A stretch of 64,000 bases of DNA, taken from sequence record PV112478.1. One strand, 5' to 3'. The notes under the pieces are model-generated. The model had not been told where the DNA came from, ran no database searches, and saw nothing but the letters and a program-made list of their open reading frames with translations. The position numbers and the translations under genes were made by a program. Of the stretch, positions 39,641 through 50,121 are shown one piece after another; position 1 is the first letter of the stretch, and every line of letters begins with the position of its first letter.

Positions 39641-40546
39641 TTACACTCCGTATTCGCGTTCCCATTTGGAAATCTTATAGTTAAGGTCACGGAGCCGTTG
39701 TTCGGTGACTTCAATGACTTTATCCTGTGCAGCGTCGCCTTGACCTTGTTTTGCCGCCATCATCTGTGCCAGACGAAGTTCCAGTGCTCGGCGTTCTTCT
39801 TTGGCACGTTTGAAGCTCTCGGCCTGGTACTCAACGTAATGGGAACCGATGAACCAGATGATGTCAGAGACAACAGGAACGAATCCCATGCGCAGCGGGT
39901 CGACTTTCTGTTTCCCGACCATCGCATTCACGTCGTCTTCTTTACCCGGATCGTAAACGATATCGGGCACGGACTCAAGGGTGTTCAGAACCTGGCGCAT
40001 AGGTTGCGCAAAGACTTTCGCACAACGGCAGAAGTTCACTAGGTGATCTTCGAGCCATTTCACTTCGCCTTTGGTAAACGGTTCAACCGTAGCGCCATAA
40101 TCTTTACCCAGCTCCGGAATCTCTTTACCGTAAGTGTACAGCAGTACCCGGCGCGAGTAGAGACTGAAGAAATTGATCAGACTGACAACGCGCATCAACG
40201 AGATCTTGTTGTACGTCAGACCATTTTTCATAATGGCTTCGGTTTTAAACGACGAATCTAAAGCAGCCTCTAAATTCGGCATCCCTTCAGCCAGGTTACT
40301 GATAACCATCGCCAGTGAATTCACGAAATTAGAGCGCGCACCCGTTTCACGAACGTACAAAGCGTTGATACGTTTGATCGCTGGTGATTTAAACGGGTTG
40401 TTCCCGATGAAGAGTTTGTTCTCTGCGGCTGTTTTATACGGCGGCAGGGTTTCTTCAATAAGGCTCTTTCTGGCCAGCTCATATTCTTCGATAATGCGCG
40501 AGCGCTCGAAGTTAGGGACCAGTGATCTGAAAAAATCTTTCAACAT
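39641..40546 (-). CDS. Internal head protein
   Basis: 301 aa, GGAGAG SD; C-terminal coiled coil; position in the inner-head cluster. Confidence 0.6.
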   Translation of the reverse strand: MLKDFFRSLVPNFERSRIIEEYELARKSLIEETLPPYKTAAENKLFIGNNPFKSPAIKRINALYVRETGARSNFVNSLAMVISNLAEGMPNLEAALDSSFKTEAIMKNGLTYNKISLMRVVSLINFFSLYSRRVLLYTYGKEIPELGKDYGATVEPFTKGEVKWLEDHLVNFCRCAKVFAQPMRQVLNTLESVPDIVYDPGKEDDVNAMVGKQKVDPLRMGFVPVVSDIIWFIGSHYVEYQAESFKRAKEERRALELRLAQMMAAKQGQGDAAQDKVIEVTEQRLRDLNYKISKWEREYGV

Positions 40547-40560
40547 GATTTTGCTCTCCC

Positions 40561-41811
40561 TTAGAAAGTAGGCGCTTTCATTGATTTGTACATCTCGAAA
40601 ATCTTCATGACGTCTGGCCCGGTATTCTTCGAGGCATTTTTCATGGCGTTGATTGACAGCTCAGTAGACCCTTCAATCCCGCGGTGGAAGATTTCAACTT
40701 GTTCGAAACTCCGATCAACGACGACCAATAACATAATACCGGAGTTACGTTCGAGCGTACGGCGACCTGCTAAAGTGGAGAGTTTAATGTTCAGTTCGCG
40801 TTCCAGGATTACGCGCTGTTCCTCTGTGATGACCACGATGTTTGAAGCGGAGGCAACGGACGGACGACCAGAGATCAGACCCGCCAGGGTGTTCTTACGC
40901 TTCTGCTGAATCTGTTTCAGGTAAAGACCGGTTTCATCTTTAATGATGTTTTTACGGTGCTCGTCTAACAGATCGCGGACGCCAATCAGGTCAGCGAAGA
41001 AAGTCAGTTTATCCGCTTTGAATTCGTACCAGCGTTCTTTGAGGCTGCGGTTCTGGGCGCCAGCGGTCAGGAAGAGAGTCATGCTGCGCGTGGGGACCGG
41101 GACAGTCTGCAGACGAACGTTGACCGGAACTTTTATTTGACTCTCGTCAACTGCCACAGTGACTTCGAGCATTTTACCCACTGCCAGGTTACTGTTGTCA
41201 CGTAACGCCTGGAGAGTTTCTTTCGACACCAGTTCAGCGGAAATCGGTTTAGCGCCGCGGGCTGGTTTGTCGTTTTGTTCGTCGATACCCTCATTACTCA
41301 TCGGATTAGGGTTGTGACCGACGCGCATTGCCTCGGTACTATGAACCGACCAGTTAATGGCCCCGACTTGATTGGCCTTAGCCAAGACATTCATGTTCTC
41401 TAAAGACGGCAAACCAAACTTGGTACCGTCCTCAAGCGCGACGGCACCGATGACAGCGTCAGCGAGGTTGTTCAACGGATCACGTTTCGGATTAAAACGT
41501 TCTAAACGTTTGGTGACCGAGATCCCTTTGATTTCGGCAGCAAGGGCGACAGCCTGCATGTAATACCCAGAGAAGATGTTGAGCAGGGTCTGCATCAGAT
41601 CTTCCATATACGGTTCACGCCAGAGATTTTGTTCTACTAACGTGAGTGGCTCAATACGGGTCGGCTGAGTGTATTCAATGAGTGAATCAGAAAAAACATC
41701 ACTGGCTCGGTTATTTTTGGCTTCTGCCTTCCAGTTACTACCCGCTGCACCCACTGCAGTCATCACCGCGGTCATAGTAGGAATGGCAATACTTTCTACT
41801 GACAGTTTCAT
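40561..41811 (-). CDS. Internal head protein
   Basis: 416 aa with SVE, ALE, SLE, STE and SNE sites in the N-terminal half. Confidence 0.65.
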   Translation of the reverse strand: MKLSVESIAIPTMTAVMTAVGAAGSNWKAEAKNNRASDVFSDSLIEYTQPTRIEPLTLVEQNLWREPYMEDLMQTLLNIFSGYYMQAVALAAEIKGISVTKRLERFNPKRDPLNNLADAVIGAVALEDGTKFGLPSLENMNVLAKANQVGAINWSVHSTEAMRVGHNPNPMSNEGIDEQNDKPARGAKPISAELVSKETLQALRDNSNLAVGKMLEVTVAVDESQIKVPVNVRLQTVPVPTRSMTLFLTAGAQNRSLKERWYEFKADKLTFFADLIGVRDLLDEHRKNIIKDETGLYLKQIQQKRKNTLAGLISGRPSVASASNIVVITEEQRVILERELNIKLSTLAGRRTLERNSGIMLLVVVDRSFEQVEIFHRGIEGSTELSINAMKNASKNTGPDVMKIFEMYKSMKAPTF

Positions 41812-41846
41812 CTAGTTTCCTCTGTGTTAAATAAAGGAGTGGAGTA

Positions 41847-43022
41847 ATGGCTTCATATAACCAAATCATGCAAGACAACCTGGACCTCGTTTTTCGTGCG
41901 GGTGGTCTGGGTTCTCGTCGTGCTGCGGCCTATGAAATGTTGTTCGGGTTAAATTATCGAGCAAGAGGACAGGTCGTTCCGGCGCAACGAGATCAGGTAG
42001 GTCTCACATTTTTTACTCGTCCAGACCTGAACTTACACAGGGACAACGTTACACAAGATAGGACGCTGACCGATTTGATTTCCACTGACGAGATCACGTA
42101 TCCTCGTGCGATTCGTGCGATTCTCGACCCTGTAGGCTCAAGTGATCCTAACTTTGATTACAGTTGTAAGCTGGTCAATCCACGTAACCCTTTCATGTGC
42201 GTTTTAACGAATACCTTAAAAAGCGTTTCGGGTTTCCCTGACAACGCCATTGGTAAATACACCAGTAATGAAGGGATTGCCGGTGAACAATGGGGGATGG
42301 CGGACGGCTATTACAACATCCGTGGTAACTATCAATTGACAGCTTCATTCGCTAACGTTGACGGTTCCCCGGTTCTCAGACTCTTCGATGTCTGGGAACG
42401 CTATATGGAAAATATCCGCACCAAAAAGATGAAGCCGTGGAGCCGAAATATTTACCGTAATCGAATGGATTACACCACGCGTATTTATCGTCTGATATTG
42501 GACCCCGGTCGCCGCTTTGTTCAGCAGATTGGGGCCACCGGTTACGCGTTCCCTATCACTAACCCACGTGGTGGTGTCATGAACTTTGACGCGGACGATA
42601 ACTACGACCGCAGTACGGATCTGATTTCCATTCAGTTTGACGCTTACGGTGCGATTTATGACGACCCGTTATTGATTCGTCAATTTAATAAAGTCGTGGC
42701 CATGTTTAACCCGGATCTGCGTATCATCAATGAAACCAGTTTAAACAAAAGTAATATCGCGGTGAAGAGTAACAACTATTATCGTGTCACTCCTGATCAA
42801 CGAGAATACCTGAACTATTATTGCTACCCTCTCATTCATCCGTATACTCGAGAACTCTGCTGGTTTATCGAGAAACCGATTTACGACTTAATCATGGCGA
42901 ACAATTACGCTGTTCCTAACTACGACTATAACGCACTCCCTAACGACACCGATGACACTTATACCGGTTATCAGTCTAATGTTTGGGATACCCTTGACCT
43001 CACGAAATCAGGAGACAATTAA
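41847..43022 (+). CDS. Tail-tube-fold baseplate protein (tube initiator-like)
   Basis: Tube-fold pattern: LTASFAN..PVLRLFDVWERY..DYTTRIYRLILD..AFPI; precedes the baseplate wedge gene. Confidence 0.55.
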   Translation: MASYNQIMQDNLDLVFRAGGLGSRRAAAYEMLFGLNYRARGQVVPAQRDQVGLTFFTRPDLNLHRDNVTQDRTLTDLISTDEITYPRAIRAILDPVGSSDPNFDYSCKLVNPRNPFMCVLTNTLKSVSGFPDNAIGKYTSNEGIAGEQWGMADGYYNIRGNYQLTASFANVDGSPVLRLFDVWERYMENIRTKKMKPWSRNIYRNRMDYTTRIYRLILDPGRRFVQQIGATGYAFPITNPRGGVMNFDADDNYDRSTDLISIQFDAYGAIYDDPLLIRQFNKVVAMFNPDLRIINETSLNKSNIAVKSNNYYRVTPDQREYLNYYCYPLIHPYTRELCWFIEKPIYDLIMANNYAVPNYDYNALPNDTDDTYTGYQSNVWDTLDLTKSGDN

Positions 43023-45928
43023 TGTCTGATTACGACGTTAGTGCGGCGTTAGCGCGCGCACCGATTAACCCGGAATCCTTTCAGCGTGTAGGGATCGAAT
43101 TCCTGACGAGCAAATTGAACGGTGACTCGTTAGTGGATGTAAATGCGCCCGCCATTCACTTGCTCGAAGCGAGCAGTTCGATGGCAGCTTATCATATCCA
43201 AGAAAACTTTGCGTTAGACCGTCGCCATTATCGTTTACTTGCGCAGAACTACATGGACCTTTATGGCCATCTTTCTGACGTTGATTACCTCGGCCGTTTT
43301 AGTTCACCGGGGAAAGTCACCATGCGCTACACTGTGAGCTACGATGACATTATCGCCAGCATGATTGAGGTTCCTGACACCAACCTGAAACGCGTGGTGA
43401 TTCCGCGTTACACCGAAGTCAGACCAGGCGGTGATTATCCGTTAACGCTTCTCTACCCGATTGAGATTCGACAGCTTCCGCATGACGGTTTACAGGTGGT
43501 GTTCAACACCGACGAGACCAGTCCGATTCAAACTTTGACCGATAACGTTCTGAACTGGCAGTTCTTAAAAGACGCCACGAGCGATCAAGCAACTTATTTG
43601 CAGATTGAAATCCCCATGTTCCAGTTGGCCAGGAACAGTATCATCGAACAGATCTCCGACGGTAACTCTCGTTTCGCGGTACCGTTCACTGACAAATATT
43701 ACTACGCCCGTGTTTTCCAGGGAACAAGCGGAAATTGGAAAGAACTTGGCACTACGCACTCTCTTCAGGTTTACGACGCATCATCTCCCACGGCGGTTTT
43801 GCAAGTAGGCGACGGGGTTCTTAACGTTACGATTCCGCCTATCTATTACACAGCGGGCTTAGTCTCCGGTAACCTTCGCATCGACGTCTATACCACGCAA
43901 GGCGAGATCTACGAAGACCTGACCAACTTCGCAACCGAGAAGTTTCAGATCACCTGGGGAAAAGACGCCGAGATTCCCGATCTCGACAACTACTCATCGA
44001 GTATCCCTAACCTCCCTTATGCGTGGACGTCAACAGAAGCGATCACTGGGGGATCAGACGGTTTGACGTTTGAGGAACTTCGTGAAAGAAGTATTTTTAA
44101 CGTTTCCAACAGCGTGGATAATACTCCTATTACTCCGGCACAAATTTCTGCACGCTTGAATTTGTTAGGGTTTGATATTGTCAAATCCAGAGATGACATT
44201 GTTGATCGTCTTTATCTGGCGACCACGAATATGCCTACTGCACCGGAATCAATTCTCAATGCAGGGATTCCCGCAGCGATGACGACGCTTCAAACCAGTA
44301 TTGAAAAGTTAACGAAAGTCCAGGGTGTTTACGATAACGGTGATCGTATTACGTTATCGCCGGAAGTGCTCTTCTCGTTAACGAACGGGGTGTTATCACT
44401 GGTCGATAATAACATGCGACCGGAAGTACTGTATAAAACCCCGGAAACGTTTGTCAACGGAATCAACCAAGCGAACTACGCGTTTACCCCGTTCCATTAC
44501 GTATTAGATACGAGTTCGAATGCGTTCTCATTACGACCGTATTACCTGCAAAACCCGGAACAAACCAAACGCCGTTTTATCCGTGACAACGCCACGCTGC
44601 TGATTGATGTCAGTACAACCGGTTTCAACATCACCCGTACGACGACAGGCTACCGACTGACCATTGCTTGCACAGTGGGGCAGAGTTACTTAAACATCGA
44701 GGCAAGCAACCGCCATGTTCAGTTGGCCTTTATCCCTGCCGGGGAAAACGCTTATGCTTATCTGAACGGAACCTTTATGGGGATTACCGGGAAAACGGCA
44801 GTCTGGGCGTTTGACTTTAAAACCAACTTCGATCTGGACAGTGACAACAATCTTATTATCACCAACTTCAGTATCTTTGAGGAAGAGCCGCGTAAACTGG
44901 CATTACCGTTAGAAACGGAGTTTATGTTATTACATGCGGTCAGTGGTGACGTTGACGACGGTTATCAGTATTCTGCGATCGATGGATTACTCGGTGAGTT
45001 TTTACTCCCTGACGACACGAAAGGAATCTCGCAAGAGTTTGTCACGCTGAAATTTGGTACAGCGTTAGAACGACTCTGGCACGGTGCGCGTAACGTAGCC
45101 GGTTCTTACGTTTATCAGACCTACGCAAGTGACGTCTACGATTATTACACCACGGACATCCCGGAATACGATGCAAACGGTGTCCCGGTCTTTGTCATTG
45201 AAAATGGTCAACCGGTGATCTCTTATGCTCACAAAGCAGGGGATCAAAAAGTGGATAGTTCGGGTAACCCGATTGTCTTACATAAGGCAGGCGACCCCGT
45301 TTTAGACAGTGGCGGTAATCCGGTTCCCGTATCCGCAAGACCGGTACTTCGTCTCATCGATCTCTTGATCTTTGACGGTAACTACGCATACGTCTCTCAG
45401 GATACGGATTTGACAGATTTGAAATGGACAGCAAATAATCTGGCTAATACGCAACTCGAGAAGTTAGCGGAATTAGGAAACGCAGTCCTGGAGAAAACCA
45501 ATATCTATCTCTACCCGAAACGCGGCTTCGGTCCAATTTCGGTTGTTGTCGATGACGGCGTGGAGAAGGTTATTGACTCGTCACTGACTTTTTCCGTGAA
45601 GTTCTATTTAACTGGGACGGCGTATCGTGATATGGACTACCGGGCTGCGTTACAGACGTTGACCGCGAAGATTCTGAACGACGGTATCCGAAACGAAACG
45701 GTTTCTGTCTCAACGCTGGTTACGTTGTTGAAACCACAGCTCGATGAGAACGTAGTCGGCTTTGATATCAACATGTACGCACAAGGGACGGAGATGACCA
45801 CCTTCACGCTTTCTGACGCGTCGGTTCAACCTACCATTGATCGGGTGATTGAATACACCGAGGACGGTAAATACGCCGTGAAAGAAAACATTGAGTTTCT
45901 GTTTAAAAACCATACGGTAAGTAACTAA
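43022..45928 (+). CDS. Baseplate wedge protein (T4 gp6 / baseplate J-like)
   Basis: 968 aa; GGSDGLTFEELRERS..ITPAQI matches the GGxDxExxEELRxR baseplate J/gp6 motif. Confidence 0.7.
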   Translation: MSDYDVSAALARAPINPESFQRVGIEFLTSKLNGDSLVDVNAPAIHLLEASSSMAAYHIQENFALDRRHYRLLAQNYMDLYGHLSDVDYLGRFSSPGKVTMRYTVSYDDIIASMIEVPDTNLKRVVIPRYTEVRPGGDYPLTLLYPIEIRQLPHDGLQVVFNTDETSPIQTLTDNVLNWQFLKDATSDQATYLQIEIPMFQLARNSIIEQISDGNSRFAVPFTDKYYYARVFQGTSGNWKELGTTHSLQVYDASSPTAVLQVGDGVLNVTIPPIYYTAGLVSGNLRIDVYTTQGEIYEDLTNFATEKFQITWGKDAEIPDLDNYSSSIPNLPYAWTSTEAITGGSDGLTFEELRERSIFNVSNSVDNTPITPAQISARLNLLGFDIVKSRDDIVDRLYLATTNMPTAPESILNAGIPAAMTTLQTSIEKLTKVQGVYDNGDRITLSPEVLFSLTNGVLSLVDNNMRPEVLYKTPETFVNGINQANYAFTPFHYVLDTSSNAFSLRPYYLQNPEQTKRRFIRDNATLLIDVSTTGFNITRTTTGYRLTIACTVGQSYLNIEASNRHVQLAFIPAGENAYAYLNGTFMGITGKTAVWAFDFKTNFDLDSDNNLIITNFSIFEEEPRKLALPLETEFMLLHAVSGDVDDGYQYSAIDGLLGEFLLPDDTKGISQEFVTLKFGTALERLWHGARNVAGSYVYQTYASDVYDYYTTDIPEYDANGVPVFVIENGQPVISYAHKAGDQKVDSSGNPIVLHKAGDPVLDSGGNPVPVSARPVLRLIDLLIFDGNYAYVSQDTDLTDLKWTANNLANTQLEKLAELGNAVLEKTNIYLYPKRGFGPISVVVDDGVEKVIDSSLTFSVKFYLTGTAYRDMDYRAALQTLTAKILNDGIRNETVSVSTLVTLLKPQLDENVVGFDINMYAQGTEMTTFTLSDASVQPTIDRVIEYTEDGKYAVKENIEFLFKNHTVSN

Positions 45929-45932
45929 AGCA

Positions 45933-45965
45933 CATAGACTGAGAGGCGAATGCCTCTCAGTCTAT
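45933..45965. terminator. Bidirectional hairpin at a convergent junction
   Basis: 14-bp perfect stem ATAGACTGAGAGGC-gaat-GCCTCTCAGTCTAT. Confidence 0.78.
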
Positions 45966-45968
45966 TTA

Positions 45969-47204
45969 TCACGCATCGGTAGATTCGGGTTGTGCACTAA
46001 CCATGTAGATGTAAAGCCGTTTCAACCAGCGGCGGTTGTCATCGTAAAAATCCAGTGAGACGTCCGTCACAAATTGCAGAATGGTCAAACATTCATGGAC
46101 ATGTTCACTGACGTGACGGATCTGCTGAACAACGGTTTTATCACGGTCGTTATACTTCGACTGCTCAACTAATTTCTCGGTCGCTGACAATGAAGCATGT
46201 ACCCGTTTTGAAACCGCAATGATTCGATCACCATCGGCATCGCTGAACAGTAACGGGGAGGTTTCGACTTTTAAGTTATCGTACGCATGTTTACAAAGGT
46301 CGGCGATCTTGGTGCTGTCAAAAGCAATATCATTATTGACGGCGACTTCTTTAAGATCGGCCAACGTTTGATAACCGCTTTTGATTTTTTCCAGCGTACT
46401 ATCACCTTCTGCGTTCAACAACTTAAAGATCTTCTCGAGATCCGTTGACTTAAACCCGGTGCTCTCTGCGGAAGTGATCTCGTGACCCTCGTCCCACTTC
46501 CCAGTTACTGCAGCCTTCACTAACGCTTCAAGGCGGTCCACGTTCGTCTCGAGATAGTCAACGATTTTACCCGGATGTCTAATAAAGGCACCGAGTGCTT
46601 TGTGCAAGTTTGTATCTGTGATCGCTCTGGCGCTATATTGGCTGTAGTTATCGTTGATGGCAGCAGCGATAGGAGAAAGCTTTTCGTCGTTAACGATTTC
46701 TTCTTTGCTGCGCATCTTAAATTGGAAGCCCAGTTCGTCAACCTTTTTCAGAAACGCATCGGTCTCTTCCCGCTTGACCTTCCCGAGTGCCTTGTTAAAA
46801 AATTCACCAAAGGCTTTGATTTTCTCACCCACCCATTTTAACGCCCGTTTGATCATGCTTAAAATAGAATGGCCGATCTGTTTAATGATCTCTTCACAGG
46901 CGACGTTCTGTTGTGTTTTGGAACGCTTCAGGGTATAAGAGTTAGTCGGGTAATGATCGGGGAAGGGGAGAATATTCAGAGCTTCCACTGCCGCCATACT
47001 GGCACGATCAACACCGTTCTTCTCCACATCTTCGAGTGTCTCTTCCAGTGCCTCAAGTTGCGCATCGTCACCCACACGTTTCACCATGTAAAACGACCAC
47101 TGGTTATTTAACTCCATGACGATATCGCGGAGATTTTTACCGTCCTCACCGACAAACGTGAATACACCGGGTACCGGCTTCACAATTTGATTATTCGTTT
47201 CCAT
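45969..47204 (-). CDS. Internal head protein paralog
   Basis: ALE/AVE/ACE sites, then IIKQIGHSILSMIKRALKWVGEK helix. Confidence 0.65.
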   Translation of the reverse strand: METNNQIVKPVPGVFTFVGEDGKNLRDIVMELNNQWSFYMVKRVGDDAQLEALEETLEDVEKNGVDRASMAAVEALNILPFPDHYPTNSYTLKRSKTQQNVACEEIIKQIGHSILSMIKRALKWVGEKIKAFGEFFNKALGKVKREETDAFLKKVDELGFQFKMRSKEEIVNDEKLSPIAAAINDNYSQYSARAITDTNLHKALGAFIRHPGKIVDYLETNVDRLEALVKAAVTGKWDEGHEITSAESTGFKSTDLEKIFKLLNAEGDSTLEKIKSGYQTLADLKEVAVNNDIAFDSTKIADLCKHAYDNLKVETSPLLFSDADGDRIIAVSKRVHASLSATEKLVEQSKYNDRDKTVVQQIRHVSEHVHECLTILQFVTDVSLDFYDDNRRWLKRLYIYMVSAQPESTDA

Positions 47205-48210
47205 TGTCTTGGTTCTCGCTTAAAATGGGTTTCAACTTAATCATAATGACGGCTTTGAGAGCGGTATCTTTCTCTGCGTCTAATTGTAATTTTAGATATT
47301 GACGCTGGATCGTTAAAGCGCTCTCTTGGACAGAAAGGTGTGTATCCAAAAGGAACATTAAAAGACGAATCTGTTCGGCTGTCCGTGTCCAAGCTTGGAG
47401 TAACGGTGTTTTCGCTTCGGCCAGTAAAGTTTTAATTAGCGTGTTTTTTACAATATTGAAACGAAGCGCCAAAACCTGGGATTTAACTTCATCTACGCCT
47501 TCTCGAATAACTTCCGGGATAAACTCTCTGAGGTTCTGAATAGGGTCATTGGTCAAATAACTGTTTGGCCAACAGACTTCGTTACCTGAGGTTGGGATGA
47601 AGTTTTCTTCGATAGTAGGGAGAAGCGATTCGCTGACGTCACGGTTACGTAACTGACGGCAATGTAAATCAAAATGTTTGTGATAATTCTGGTCGCGGCA
47701 TTTCTCTAAATTCGAGAAGGTTTCCGCAATGAGTTCTGGGTCGTTATCGAGTAACGGATGGATTACCCCGGAAGAAAAACTTCGTGTTCCTTGAATAAGG
47801 TCAGGGAGATCCATGTAGATCGTTTTAACGGCCGAAAAATACTCTTCAACCAAAACACCGTTACGATAAAATTGATCAGTGAACCCAGTGCGTTTCGCAT
47901 TGAGTGCCTGAATCGCAACTTTTAAACCCGGGTCATCAATCGGCGTATGCGGGCGAACCGTTCGCATGTACACCAGACAATCATTGATTAAGGTATTCTG
48001 TTCGATAAGATTATCGAGTGCTTTCTTGGCGCTAAAGAATAACGCAAGTCCCTCATCTACGTAATGTATCTTCGGTAAAAAGACATCGAGCACTGAAGCG
48101 CTCGATTGCGCTTCAGTATCCGTAGATTTATCACTGACCATCTCCGCGATTCGACAACGAAGACCAGGAGGGAAATGCGGGCGCTGATATTCCAACGTAG
48201 TGATGGTCAT
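47191..48210 (-). CDS. Hypothetical (probably head) protein
   Basis: 339 aa in the head-gene operon. Confidence 0.55.
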   Translation of the reverse strand: MTITTLEYQRPHFPPGLRCRIAEMVSDKSTDTEAQSSASVLDVFLPKIHYVDEGLALFFSAKKALDNLIEQNTLINDCLVYMRTVRPHTPIDDPGLKVAIQALNAKRTGFTDQFYRNGVLVEEYFSAVKTIYMDLPDLIQGTRSFSSGVIHPLLDNDPELIAETFSNLEKCRDQNYHKHFDLHCRQLRNRDVSESLLPTIEENFIPTSGNEVCWPNSYLTNDPIQNLREFIPEVIREGVDEVKSQVLALRFNIVKNTLIKTLLAEAKTPLLQAWTRTAEQIRLLMFLLDTHLSVQESALTIQRQYLKLQLDAEKDTALKAVIMIKLKPILSENQDNGNE

Positions 48211-48222
48211 CTTTTTAAACCC

Positions 48223-48684
48223 TTATTTCACTGCCGCTCCCGGACGCGACATATCGAGAATAACCGGGGTGATCTTGTCCTTCAATAAGAAGGCGGCATT
48301 TGCAACAACCGAGTAGTCCATCCCGTCACCTGCGTATTGCGCCAGGAATACCGCAGCAGGCGTATTACCGGTCAGTACCGCTTCCACCTCGGCTTGGGTA
48401 TGGACATGACAGGCACGGTAGCGCCCTAACCACACTTCGTGAACGCCGGCCTGTACCAGATTAATATCCACCAGGAAACGTTCGTTAAATTCAGAAACAA
48501 ACTGGGTGACCTTCCAACGGTATTGTTCCTGGTACCAAACTGCCGGGTTTTCAACGGCGGCATTAGGTAAAGGTAAGGCGTACCCCAAACCGATAGCCAG
48601 CGCCAGAGAAAGTCTGACTTTGTCGACACCGACCACTTTAGTCAGCGGTTCAACGATGTCTTGGACGAATTGACGATTCATCAT
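48223..48684 (-). CDS. Hypothetical (probably head) protein
   Basis: 153 aa, AAGGA SD. Confidence 0.6.
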   Translation of the reverse strand: MMNRQFVQDIVEPLTKVVGVDKVRLSLALAIGLGYALPLPNAAVENPAVWYQEQYRWKVTQFVSEFNERFLVDINLVQAGVHEVWLGRYRACHVHTQAEVEAVLTGNTPAAVFLAQYAGDGMDYSVVANAAFLLKDKITPVILDMSRPGAAVK

Positions 48685-48690
48685 TAATCC

Positions 48691-49995
48691 TTATTTCAAC
48701 GTGTTGAGTAAATTCGCAGCAGCGAAGAGATTGTTATTCGCCACGGCTTGGAGATCTTGCAGTAAGATACGTTTTTCTTTTTGGTCGCGTGACTTACTCG
48801 AGAAGAACAACCAGAGTTTTTCGGAATAATCTTCTTTGTCGCTGGTCCCTTTGATGAGACTGGTAATCGTTTCGAGGTTTTTATTTAGAATTATTCGTTG
48901 TTCAGGTAAAATGTCTTTAAGTTTCATTTGCTGAACTATCTCTTGGCGGAGCCGTTCTAAACGTTCACCGGGGCGATCATATACGCGTTTAAATGGGTTA
49001 AATAACAGTGAAAGCAGTTCAATGAAAATGAAGATACTGAACGCAGGGTGAACAAGTATTGCGGCGACACTAATAACCCATCTGAGTATGTTACCTGTCC
49101 ATAAGTGGAAATTTGACTCGTAGGAAATGTCATGGCTGTACCGCATCAATTTATCAAGGGCAGTGGCCAGTTGGACGGTCATCCCCATTCTTGACGAGAA
49201 CTGATCAGAAAGAGATTCCCATGAACGCATATCGTAGATACTGGAACCAAATTCAGATTTACTTTCGTTGTAAATATCAGAGAAGATTGACATCGCTACA
49301 GTGTCATTGTCTTCGCACTCTGCTATAAAGTCTTGGTTACTGACTTTAATGTTTGTGTTTGTTTCAAGGTCTTTGAAAATCTTAATTTTCTCCTCGACTT
49401 TATTTGTTTTTTCGAGTCTGTTAACTGTGTCTATCAAAATGTAACAGGTGCTGAATGTAAACGATAGCGTTTCCAGATAGGAGAAAATATGACCAACTTC
49501 ATGAAGTAAGGCAGCGACGACTTCTTCATTAGTGAATTCTTTACTTCTGGCCATGCCCAACGTGATACCTACCGTACACGGGGTTTCTTGGAAAAATCCA
49601 CTAACCGTAGCATTAGAGCGATTCACTGATGCCACCGCGCTCGAGACTCCATCCTTAAAAACCTTTTTACCGTCTTCCGCTTTTTGTAACCAATCACCGT
49701 ACGTTTTCACCATCGGGCTATTTTTGGTGATGTCCGGCGGGAGCGCAAAAGCATTGATAAAAGTCTGTGGGAATACTTTAAATTCAAGGGCCTTTAACTT
49801 AAATCTGTCGCGAAGAATTTTCTCTATAATTTTAGAGAACGCATTCATTTCTTTTTCGCTAACGTCCTTTTCATTAAAGCGCTCTCTGAATTCTTCAAAC
49901 GCGATAACCAATTTCTTACAAACAGGGTCATAACCCTGAAAGTCAATTGACTCAAATGCAGGCAGTGAGAGTCGGGTAATTTTTTCATCTAACAT
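48691..49995 (-). CDS. Head protein with HExxH / M48-like metallopeptidase signature
   Basis: N-terminal AFE site; LLHEVGH; ESLSDQFSSRMG..LATALDKL; C-terminal hydrophobic helix. Confidence 0.6.
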   Translation of the reverse strand: MLDEKITRLSLPAFESIDFQGYDPVCKKLVIAFEEFRERFNEKDVSEKEMNAFSKIIEKILRDRFKLKALEFKVFPQTFINAFALPPDITKNSPMVKTYGDWLQKAEDGKKVFKDGVSSAVASVNRSNATVSGFFQETPCTVGITLGMARSKEFTNEEVVAALLHEVGHIFSYLETLSFTFSTCYILIDTVNRLEKTNKVEEKIKIFKDLETNTNIKVSNQDFIAECEDNDTVAMSIFSDIYNESKSEFGSSIYDMRSWESLSDQFSSRMGMTVQLATALDKLMRYSHDISYESNFHLWTGNILRWVISVAAILVHPAFSIFIFIELLSLLFNPFKRVYDRPGERLERLRQEIVQQMKLKDILPEQRIILNKNLETITSLIKGTSDKEDYSEKLWLFFSSKSRDQKEKRILLQDLQAVANNNLFAAANLLNTLK

Positions 49996-50121
49996 TTCGT
50001 GGCTCCTCAGGGGAAAGCGCTACCATAAAGGAAGGGTTACACAAGAAAGCGACACGCTCCAAAAAGAAGACGCTATCTATTCCTGTAGACCTTGAAAGTT
50101 TGACTCAGGAACCAGCCCGTT

